A stretch of DNA of 64,000 nucleotides from Paracoccaceae bacterium. Its GTDB lineage: Bacteria; Pseudomonadota; Alphaproteobacteria; Rhodobacterales; Rhodobacteraceae. Position numbers and translations under genes: made by a program. Each line of letters starts with the position of its first letter. The first letter of the stretch is position 1. The notes under the pieces are model-generated. The model did no database searches. It was not told where the DNA came from and saw nothing but the letters and a program-made list of their open reading frames with translations. Shown here one piece after another: positions 56,559 through 64,000 of this stretch. The DNA lies in assembly GCA_045565285.1 (NCBI GenBank), contig JBJLFR010000010.1, positions 3,344-67,343 on the forward strand, in the 5' to 3' direction.

Positions 56559-57647
56559 ATGATTTCTTTAGCTGAAATTGCAAAGGCTTTAGATTGTGAT
56601 TTTTATGGCAACGGAAACTTAATTTTTTCGTCACCATCAGAACCTATATCTGCAGATGCACATCAAATAGCCATCGCCATCGATCAAAAATTCCAAACCC
56701 AATTATATAATACTAAAGCCAAGGGGGCAATAATAAATAGTAATTTTGATTGGGAAACTACAAACCTTGAAGGTGTGATTGTAACCAATAAAACTAATTT
56801 GATTTTATCAAAATTAACAAATCTATTCAATAAACTAGGTAACGAAGAGAGATCTATTAATGATAATACATTTATAGATAGCTCTTCAAAAATTGGTCTT
56901 AATCCTAATATAGGGTCCTATGTAATTATAAAAGAAAATTCTGAATTGGGTGATAATATAGATATAGGGAATTTTGTAGAAATAGGTAAAAATGTAGTAA
57001 TTGGAAACAATTGTTTTATTAAATCAGGAACAAAAATTTCTGATAATACAATTATTGGAAATAGACTCATATGCCATCAAAATGTAGTAGTTGGTTCTGA
57101 TGGTTTTTCATTTCATACTCAAAATGAAGAGAATATTTTAGAAAGATTGAAAAAAGAAGATTCATCTTCTAGTGAAGGATTCTTAAGAGTTTCATCTGTT
57201 GGATCTGTAAAAATTGGTGACGACGTAGAAATAGGAGCTAACTCTTGTATTGATAAAGGAACTATTAAAAATACAATAATTAAATCTGGTACTAAACTTG
57301 ATAATTTAGTTCATATAGCTCATAACGTGGAAATTGGAACTAATTGTTTAATTTGTGGCCAAGTTGGAATTGCTGGTAGTACTTTAGTAGGAGACAATGT
57401 AATTATGGGTGGCCAAGTAGGTATCGCTGATAATTTAAAAATAGGAAATAATTCTATATTGGCTGGGAAAACTGGCGTATCTGCAAACGTACTTCCAAGA
57501 AAATTTATGATGGGTAATCCTGCTATGGAAATGAAAAAAAATATTGCTTCATATATGGCTATAAGAAGACTTCCAAAACTGAAAATAAAAATTAATCAAC
57601 TAAGTAAATTAATTGATGAAATTTCTTCTAAGATTAATAAAAAATAA
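56559..57647 (+). CDS. lpxD: UDP-3-O-acylglucosamine N-acyltransferase (LpxD-type)
   Basis: 362 aa. LpxD N-terminal domain, long left-handed hexapeptide repeats, catalytic 'HIAHNVEIG' and a C-terminal helix. It carries a ~25-aa insert ('HTQNEENILERLKKEDSSSSEG'). Confidence 0.75.
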   Translation: MISLAEIAKALDCDFYGNGNLIFSSPSEPISADAHQIAIAIDQKFQTQLYNTKAKGAIINSNFDWETTNLEGVIVTNKTNLILSKLTNLFNKLGNEERSINDNTFIDSSSKIGLNPNIGSYVIIKENSELGDNIDIGNFVEIGKNVVIGNNCFIKSGTKISDNTIIGNRLICHQNVVVGSDGFSFHTQNEENILERLKKEDSSSSEGFLRVSSVGSVKIGDDVEIGANSCIDKGTIKNTIIKSGTKLDNLVHIAHNVEIGTNCLICGQVGIAGSTLVGDNVIMGGQVGIADNLKIGNNSILAGKTGVSANVLPRKFMMGNPAMEMKKNIASYMAIRRLPKLKIKINQLSKLIDEISSKINKK

Positions 57648-57676
57648 TTAAATTAATAATCAGGTAATTTTTTTAA

Positions 57677-57949
57677 ATGTCAGATAGTATCAAAAATAAG
57701 ATAATCAAAATTTTATCAGAACAAACCTTATTAGAAACTAGTGAAATAAAAGATAATTTATCCCTTGAGGATTTAGGTATTGATTCATTAGCTTTAGTTG
57801 AAATAGTTTTTTCTATAGAAGAAACATTTAATATTACTATTCCATTTAATGCAAATGATCCTACGAATTCAACATTTGATATCAGCAATGTAAATTCAAT
57901 CATTAAAGCTGTTGAGAGTTTAATTCATTCTTCATCAGGAAGTGCATAA
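57677..57949 (+). CDS. acyl carrier protein (specialised, NodF/AcpXL-like)
   Basis: 90 aa. 'LGIDSLALVEIVFSIEE' carries the phosphopantetheine-attachment Ser. Confidence 0.8.
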   Translation: MSDSIKNKIIKILSEQTLLETSEIKDNLSLEDLGIDSLALVEIVFSIEETFNITIPFNANDPTNSTFDISNVNSIIKAVESLIHSSSGSA

Positions 57950-57951
57950 AT

Positions 57952-59163
57952 ATGAATCGTGTAGTAATCACTGGAGCAGGTGCTGTAAGCTCGTTAGGTA
58001 TGGATTTACCTACTATTTTTAATTCTTTATCAGAAGGAAAAAATGGAATAAGCCCAATTAATTTTCTAAATGCTGAAAGATTATCAGTTAGGATTGGTGG
58101 TCAGATTCATAGCTTTAATCCAGATGATTATTTTTCTAAACAAGAAAAATCAATTTATGATAAATTTACACAATTTGCACTTATTGCTACTAAACAAGCT
58201 GTTTTATCTTCTGGAATAGAATTTAAGGAAAAAGACTCTTCAGAAATAGGTGTTATTTTAGGTACTGCTGGTGGTGGTCTTCAAACTCAAGATGAAAACT
58301 ATAGACAAGTATATGAAGAAGGTAAGAATAGAGTGCATCCTTTAATCGTTCCCAAGTTAATGAATAATGCGGCTGCTAGTAATGTTTCAATAAAATTTAA
58401 TGCCCAAGGGCCCTGTTTCACAATAGCATCAGCATGTTCTTCTTCTAATCATGCAATGGGACAAGCATTATACTTAATTCGATCTGGTGTTATAAAAACA
58501 GCCATAACAGGAGGATCTGAAAGTATGCTTTGTTTTGGTGGAATTAAAGCCTGGGAAGGACTACGAATTATGTCAAAAGAAGCATGTCGTCCTTTTTGTA
58601 AAACTAGAGATGGGATGGTTCAAGGAGAAGGTGCTGCAATTTTTATATTTGAAAATTATGATAATGCTAAAAAACGAGGTGCTAATATTTTAGCTGAAGT
58701 CGCAGGATTCTCAATGACATCTGATGCAAAAGATATAGTTAACCCGAGCATAAAAGGTGCTGCAAGAGCAATATTTGGTGCCTTAAAAGACGCAAAATTT
58801 AACCCAGAAGACGTTGGTTATATTAATGCACATGGTACTGGAACTTTAGCAAATGATAAAACTGAATGTGCAGCAATTAAGGAAGTTTTCAAAAATCATA
58901 CAAAAAAATTGATGATATCTTCAACTAAATCAATGCACGGACATTTAATTGGAGGTACTGGAGCAGTTGAATTGTTAGCTTGTTTATTAGCATTAAAAAA
59001 TAAAATCATTGCTCCGACTATTAACTTCTTAAAAAAAGATCCTGATTGCGATTTAGATGTTGTACCAAATACAGCTAGACAAAAAAATGTGCGATGTGTT
59101 CTTTCTAATTCTTTTGCATTTGGTGGTTTAAATGCAGTTTTAGCATTAAAAAAATGTCCATAA
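57952..59163 (+). CDS. beta-ketoacyl-ACP synthase (KAS I/II family, NodE/FabF-like)
   Basis: 403 aa. Active-site Cys in 'IASACSSS' and the His pair in 'NAHGTGT' and 'SMHGHLIGG'. It starts 2 nt after the ACP gene. Confidence 0.85.
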   Translation: MNRVVITGAGAVSSLGMDLPTIFNSLSEGKNGISPINFLNAERLSVRIGGQIHSFNPDDYFSKQEKSIYDKFTQFALIATKQAVLSSGIEFKEKDSSEIGVILGTAGGGLQTQDENYRQVYEEGKNRVHPLIVPKLMNNAAASNVSIKFNAQGPCFTIASACSSSNHAMGQALYLIRSGVIKTAITGGSESMLCFGGIKAWEGLRIMSKEACRPFCKTRDGMVQGEGAAIFIFENYDNAKKRGANILAEVAGFSMTSDAKDIVNPSIKGAARAIFGALKDAKFNPEDVGYINAHGTGTLANDKTECAAIKEVFKNHTKKLMISSTKSMHGHLIGGTGAVELLACLLALKNKIIAPTINFLKKDPDCDLDVVPNTARQKNVRCVLSNSFAFGGLNAVLALKKCP

Positions 59164-59736
59164 TTATTTTGAGGTTATATTATCATAAAGTGTCTCAAAA
59201 TTTTCTAAATCGATATCAACTATAAATTTATTGTTAGGATTTCTAATGTCAATCATAACCATTGATAGATTTGCACCTTTTATTAATAAATCAATACCTT
59301 GTTTTGTTAAACCAAACTGAGATGTACATCCTATCTGATCACAGAATAAAAATTGTTCCGTAAAGGGTTCATTAGTATCCACAACAAAAGTAATTCCATT
59401 TGGTAAAATAGGAATACTGGATTCAAAAGGAACAAAAATTGTAATCAATGAATCCGCTACCGTATCAGCATTATCTTTTATTTTTTCTATAATAAATCTA
59501 GCAGCCCTATTACCTTCTACGTTTAATGCGAACTGTACCCCAACACATTTACTTTTTACTTTCTCACATATTTGCAACCAATTTCCATATTCAGCCCTTA
59601 TTTCTTCGTTAGAATTCAACAAATTATTATTTTTATCAGTTTGGGAAAAAACAGGAATATTTAATAAATAATAGAATAAAAAGAAGAAAGAAAATACAAT
59701 AAATTGAATTTTAAAATTATATATTTTTAATGACAT
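59164..59736 (-). CDS. invasion-associated locus B (IalB)-family secreted protein
   Basis: 190 aa with a signal peptide. It shows the paired-Cys pattern 'WLQICEK...KCVGV' and 'FCDQIGC' typical of IalB-like proteins. Confidence 0.5.
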   Translation of the reverse strand: MSLKIYNFKIQFIVFSFFFLFYYLLNIPVFSQTDKNNNLLNSNEEIRAEYGNWLQICEKVKSKCVGVQFALNVEGNRAARFIIEKIKDNADTVADSLITIFVPFESSIPILPNGITFVVDTNEPFTEQFLFCDQIGCTSQFGLTKQGIDLLIKGANLSMVMIDIRNPNNKFIVDIDLENFETLYDNITSK

Positions 59737-59753
59737 TATATTGAGATAATTAT

Positions 59754-61061
59754 TTAATTTATTTTAGCTAGTTTAATTTTAGTAATTTTATTTTTTTCTT
59801 TAGATAGTATCTCAAATCGAAAACCGTAAAAATTAAAAACTTGACCTTCACTAGGAATTAATTGGGCTTCGTGAATTACTAAACCAGCTATGGTATTTGC
59901 TTCATTATCCGGAAGTGACCAATCATATGCTCTATTTAAATCTCTTATACTCATTCCACCATCAACCAAAAGCTTTCCATCAGATGTATCAATCATCTGA
60001 TCAACCTCTATATCATGCTCGTCAGAAATTTCTCCAACAATTTCTTCGATTATATCTTCTAAAGTAATTAAGCCTCTTAAATCACCATATTCATCTACGA
60101 CTAATGCAAAATGAGCTTTTCTCTTTAAAAATTGTCTCATTTGGAGATCAAGAGTAGTTGTTTCTGGTATAAAATAAGGTTTCATAGCAACTTTTAAAAT
60201 ATCAAATTTTTGAATATCAAATCTTTTAGATCCAATTGATGATAAAATACTTGTTTTCCTCAGCAAATCTTTGGCATGAAGAATACCTACAACATTTTCT
60301 TGATTATTTTTAAAAATTGGTATTCTTGTATATGGAGATTTAAGACATTTTTCTAAAACTTTTTTTGGTGGATCATCTGCATCGACCATTTCAATTTGAC
60401 TTCTATGTAACATAACTTCTTCTACCATTCGTTCTGGAAGGTCTAATACACCAAGCAATCTATCTCTTGCATCTTTTTTAACAGTACCTTCTGAATGATG
60501 AAGTGCTATTGCCCCTGCAATCTCATCAGAAGCAAGAATTTGTTTGCTTGGATCAATTTTTACTCCTATTAGCAAAAGTAACAACTGTACAAATTTTCTG
60601 ACAAAAATAATTATTGGAGAAAATATGTATATTAAAAATAAAACTAAAGGAGCAACTCTTCTTGCTGCAGTTTCAGGATTGTTAATAGCATAAGTTTTAG
60701 GCAAAAGTTCAGAAAATACTAAAATTAATATAGTCATACTAAAAGTTGCTATAAAAATACCTTTATCACCAAAAAACTTTACGAAATAAGCAGTTGCTAA
60801 GGAAGTAGCAAGGATATTAACAATATTATTTCCTAATAAAATTGTTCCTATTAAACTTTCATTATCATTTGTTATATCTAAAGCTTTCTTTGCACCATTT
60901 GAACCTCTATCACTCATACTTCTGAGTTTAGGGCGACTTGAAGCTGTAAGGGCGGTTTCAGAACCCGAAAAAAATGCTGATAATATTAATAGTAATATAA
61001 CAACTATTGGGCTACCCCAAGTTGCTAGTTTGAAATACGTTTCCAAATTATTTTCAATCAT
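59754..61061 (-). CDS. CNNM/HlyC/CorC-family transporter (DUF21, CBS pair, CorC_HlyC)
   Basis: 435 aa. N-terminal 4-TM DUF21 domain, tandem CBS region ('VGILHAKDLL', 'ALVVDEYGDLRGLITLEDIIEEIVGEI') and a C-terminal transporter-associated domain. Confidence 0.85.
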   Translation of the reverse strand: MIENNLETYFKLATWGSPIVVILLLILSAFFSGSETALTASSRPKLRSMSDRGSNGAKKALDITNDNESLIGTILLGNNIVNILATSLATAYFVKFFGDKGIFIATFSMTILILVFSELLPKTYAINNPETAARRVAPLVLFLIYIFSPIIIFVRKFVQLLLLLIGVKIDPSKQILASDEIAGAIALHHSEGTVKKDARDRLLGVLDLPERMVEEVMLHRSQIEMVDADDPPKKVLEKCLKSPYTRIPIFKNNQENVVGILHAKDLLRKTSILSSIGSKRFDIQKFDILKVAMKPYFIPETTTLDLQMRQFLKRKAHFALVVDEYGDLRGLITLEDIIEEIVGEISDEHDIEVDQMIDTSDGKLLVDGGMSIRDLNRAYDWSLPDNEANTIAGLVIHEAQLIPSEGQVFNFYGFRFEILSKEKNKITKIKLAKIN

Positions 61062-61065
61062 TAAA

Positions 61066-61977
61066 TTAACCTTTTTGATTTGTAAATGGATGAAATTTCA
61101 TCACTAATGCCTTTTTTTTATCTTCTAAAACGTGCGTATATATTTGAGTGGTAGCAATGTCTGAATGCCCTAAAAGGCTTTGAATAACTCTGAGATCTGC
61201 TCCATTTGATAAAAGATGAGTTGCAAATGCATGTCTAATTACATGAGGTGAAATTTTTTTATTGATAAGACCAGAATGGATTGTAATTTTTTTTAAAATA
61301 TTGAAAAATTGAACTCTACTTATATGTCCTAAATTTGAATTAGCAGGAAATAAGTATTTTTTTGACTTTTCTTTAATTTCCATTTTTTTTCGAAATAATA
61401 ACCAGTTTATAATAGCTTTTTTAGCAGAACTTGATATAGGTACTATTCTTTCTTTTTTTCCCTTTCCTTTAATTAAAATAACTTCTGAATTCTCATTTAT
61501 TGTGTTTAAAGGTAAAGAAACAAGTTCACTTACTCTCAATCCAGTTCCGTAAATAAGTTCAAGTAATGTATTATTTCTTATATTGTTGATATCTTTACTA
61601 TCTGCAACTTTTGAAGAATTTAATAATAAATTAATTTCGTCAATAGATAATGTTTCAGGTAATTTATTGATATAATTTGGAGATTGCAATTTTAAACATG
61701 GATTTTTATTTATCCAATTTTCTTTTAATGCAAATTTAAAAAAATGTTTATAACTAGAAATTTTTCTAGCTATTGATCTATTAGAAGTTCTCAACCTTCC
61801 TAAAAAATTCAAATTTTCGAGTATATAATTTTCAGTTATTAAATTTAAATCACGATGAATATTTTTTTCAAATAATTGCATTAAATCTCTTTTATAAGCA
61901 TCTATAGAATTTAAACTAAAATTTTTTTCTGATATTAATGATTCAAGAAAACAATCTAATTTATCGTTTATGTTCAT
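61066..61977 (-). CDS. xerD: site-specific tyrosine recombinase XerD
   Basis: 303 aa. 'GLRVSELVSL', 'ISPHVIRHAFATHLLSNGADLRVIQSLLGHSDIATTQIYTHV' is almost colinear with E. coli XerD and carries the R-H-R-Y catalytic set. Confidence 0.85.
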   Translation of the reverse strand: MNINDKLDCFLESLISEKNFSLNSIDAYKRDLMQLFEKNIHRDLNLITENYILENLNFLGRLRTSNRSIARKISSYKHFFKFALKENWINKNPCLKLQSPNYINKLPETLSIDEINLLLNSSKVADSKDINNIRNNTLLELIYGTGLRVSELVSLPLNTINENSEVILIKGKGKKERIVPISSSAKKAIINWLLFRKKMEIKEKSKKYLFPANSNLGHISRVQFFNILKKITIHSGLINKKISPHVIRHAFATHLLSNGADLRVIQSLLGHSDIATTQIYTHVLEDKKKALVMKFHPFTNQKG

Positions 61978-61987
61978 TTATTGAAAC

Positions 61988-63625
61988 CTATAATTTTTTA
62001 AAATATTCCATTATTAATAATTCATTAGAAATAGCTTTAAAATCGTTTATTAAACCAAGTTTTACTAAAGATGCCAAGCCTATTTGCAAATCTGCAATAT
62101 CGGTGTAAGTACTAGAGGAAATCAAATATATGGCATTTAATAATATAAATCCGTTCTGCTTTTTTGAAAATGCTTCATCCATTTTCTTACTTGAAAACAT
62201 GCCTACAGGATAAACTCCATTACTTGCTTCCAAAATAGCCCTTTGTAGTTCAGTATTGTGTGTGTTTAAAAAGATATTAGTAGTATTATGTTGAAGATTA
62301 TTTTTTAATCTATAATTCCTGATATTTTTATCTCTATTGTAAATAACGTCAATTAAATTTTGCAATTTAGAATTATTAATTTTATTTCCATATATTTGGT
62401 CATTGTAATTACCTGACATAATATTAATCACTATAATTAACTCATATAATAAAGAATATTTAGTTTCCCTTAATTTCAACGTTTCACTGTAAAACTCTGC
62501 AAAAGGAGATAATAATTTATTTTTTAAAAACTCTTCAATCATAAGTTTCAAATGGTTTTCTAAAGCTTTAGAATTGTTTAATTGAATTTTAAATATATTT
62601 TCTAAATCTTGAACTAGTTTTGCCCGCGCCCAAACTCCTCCAGAAGTCGAGGGCTGTTTTACTTTGTATATAGAAAATAATATATTTGGATTTAAAGCTC
62701 CACTTTTAACTAATTCCTCAGAAGCAATGATCCTTGACCTTATGCTTTTACTTCGACCTAAATCATTGTAAAGGTATTTCGCATCACTGCTTAAATTTTT
62801 TACTCCAACATTAGAAAAATTACATAAATATACTAATATAGGTTTATCTATACTACATAAATCCTTATTTGTTATTTCAAGTTCAGCTTCATGGTCTAAA
62901 TAGTTAATTAATAATTTTTCATAATCACTTTCTATCTCATTTATACTAGAATAAGTTGCTAAAGATAAAGCTGCAGCATTCCAATCTCCACTTCTAGCTA
63001 GACAAATTATTTTATGAGCGGGATCAATGAAAAGAAAATGACTTTTTAAAACTGAATTACAAAATTTGTCAAATCTGAAAGTTAAAAAGGAGATTTTTGA
63101 CCATAAATCTATTAATTTTGGATCAGTACTTGGGTCGGCATCTAGTAATAAAGCTTCAGCATCATCCAATGCTCCAATTTGTATTAATTTCAAAATTCTA
63201 GCTCTTAAAAAAAAAGTACCAGAAAACTCTTTTCCATTTACGATAATTGGTGGATCAGCTTCAATTAAAAGAATTCTTTTTAATAATCGATTTAAATAGT
63301 ATAAATCACTTATATCAATCTTTCCTAATAATTGAGAAATCTCCAATTCATTACTATTTTTCCATACATCAGAATCTATTCCAATTTTTATACTAGGAAA
63401 TATACCAATGGAATTTTTACTAATACCTGGAAGATTTAATTTTTCAATATCATCATTAATATTATTAAAATTTAAAGATGGATTTGTATAAAAAACTGGG
63501 GGATCATTTATTTTTTCTGCCAACCAATTTATTGAAGATCTTGGATCATTAGCATATAAAAAATTTATTTTAACACTTAATTGAAGTATTAAAATAAATA
63601 TCATAATAAATAATTTAAAAACCAT
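61988..63625 (-). CDS. secreted hypothetical protein (545 aa)
   Basis: Long ORF with an N-terminal signal peptide ('MVFKLFIMIFILILQLSVKINFLYA'). No motif recognised. It lies directly upstream of xerD on the same strand. Confidence 0.5.
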   Translation of the reverse strand: MVFKLFIMIFILILQLSVKINFLYANDPRSSINWLAEKINDPPVFYTNPSLNFNNINDDIEKLNLPGISKNSIGIFPSIKIGIDSDVWKNSNELEISQLLGKIDISDLYYLNRLLKRILLIEADPPIIVNGKEFSGTFFLRARILKLIQIGALDDAEALLLDADPSTDPKLIDLWSKISFLTFRFDKFCNSVLKSHFLFIDPAHKIICLARSGDWNAAALSLATYSSINEIESDYEKLLINYLDHEAELEITNKDLCSIDKPILVYLCNFSNVGVKNLSSDAKYLYNDLGRSKSIRSRIIASEELVKSGALNPNILFSIYKVKQPSTSGGVWARAKLVQDLENIFKIQLNNSKALENHLKLMIEEFLKNKLLSPFAEFYSETLKLRETKYSLLYELIIVINIMSGNYNDQIYGNKINNSKLQNLIDVIYNRDKNIRNYRLKNNLQHNTTNIFLNTHNTELQRAILEASNGVYPVGMFSSKKMDEAFSKKQNGFILLNAIYLISSSTYTDIADLQIGLASLVKLGLINDFKAISNELLIMEYFKKL

Positions 63626-63753
63626 TATTTTACTGGTACATTAAATATTAATAGATTAGTAATTGGCTTCAATTCATATAAAGAAGAGTAAATTGAAATA
63701 CTAATTATTAAAATTAATATCAAAATAAAAAAAACTTTAATTAATGTCCGCAT
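63625..63753 (-). CDS. possible 42-aa membrane micro-protein, translationally coupled
   Basis: ATG at 63753 to TAA at 63625-63627: MRTLIKVFFILILILIISISIYSSLYELKPITNLLIFNVPVK. Its stop overlaps the ATG of the 545-aa gene (TAATG). Confidence 0.35.
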   Translation of the reverse strand: MRTLIKVFFILILILIISISIYSSLYELKPITNLLIFNVPVK

Positions 63754-63899
63754 CTAAAATGACAAATTGTTAATATTAAATTATAATAAATTTTAATTCA
63801 AAAAAAAATTATTTTCAAAAGATTTATAAAATAATATATATATCAAATAATAGCCATAAATGTAAATTTACTAAATATAAATTGTATAAATTAAAAAAA

Positions 63900-64000
63900 A
63901 TGCTTGTTTTAGTCGGACTTATGGGAGCAGGAAAATCTTCTATAGGAAAAAAAACTATCCAATTTTTTAAATGTAGGATTTATAGACTCTGATCAAGAAA
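63900..64000 (+). pseudogene. aroK: shikimate kinase, 5' part, frame broken in an A8 run (or sequencing error); runs off the window
   Basis: The ATG at 63900 gives 'MLVLVGLMGAGKSSIGKK' (Walker A), after which the frame reaches a stop at codon 31. With one A fewer in the A8 run at 63947-63954 it reads 'LSNFLNVGFIDSDQE', the conserved AroK continuation. Confidence 0.75.

Noticed and set aside
61066-61977. Tyrosine recombinase as a marker of an integrated mobile element.
   Set aside because: The sequence is colinear with housekeeping XerD. It sits in the conserved xerD/aroK divergent context. I saw no flanking tRNA, direct repeats, or phage or IS genes.
1-64000. A search by eye for tRNA/rRNA genes, CRISPR arrays, IS inverted repeats and transposases.
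   Set aside because: I saw no T-loop-like GGTTCGAATCC-type sequences in spacers, no G+C-rich structured RNA islands, no spaced repeat arrays and no transposase-like ORFs. Absence is only as good as visual inspection.

Overview
This is a 64-kb, very AT-rich (about 30% G+C by eye), almost gap-free coding segment of a bacterial chromosome. It uses the standard code (TGA is a stop, TGG is Trp). I count roughly 75 genes on both strands, with frequent 1-20 nt gene overlaps, several TTG/GTG starts and spacers of only a few nt. Gene content and order include rplU-rpmA, obg-proB-proA, a mepK-like/ldtD-like pair, lpxD, xerD divergent from aroK, two TRAP transporters, three EamA/DMT and two LysE exporters, and aldehyde/GMC dehydrogenases. 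This fits a streamlined marine alphaproteobacterium of the SAR11/Pelagibacterales type; that assignment is inference and is not verified. I recognised no rRNA, tRNA, CRISPR array, IS element or prophage genes. The main observations are: (i) a 524-aa class III nucleotidyl cyclase flanked by four predicted [2Fe-2S] modules (2 CDGSH, ferredoxin, Rieske). (ii) Six genes have frames broken by single-nt indels: both TRAP DctM permeases at near-homologous positions, one DctQ, a PEP-mutase/isocitrate-lyase-family enzyme, aroK and a small secreted protein. Four of the six breaks lie in A/T homopolymers. (iii) A DddL-like cupin (candidate DMSP lyase). (iv) A cysteine-synthase-family gene whose conserved N-terminus lies upstream of any canonical start codon. 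(v) A ribosomal protein L21 with a tandem-repeat lysine-rich tail. (vi) An lpxD-ACP-KAS trio outside the usual lipid A context. All family calls come from motif recognition by eye; no database search was run.
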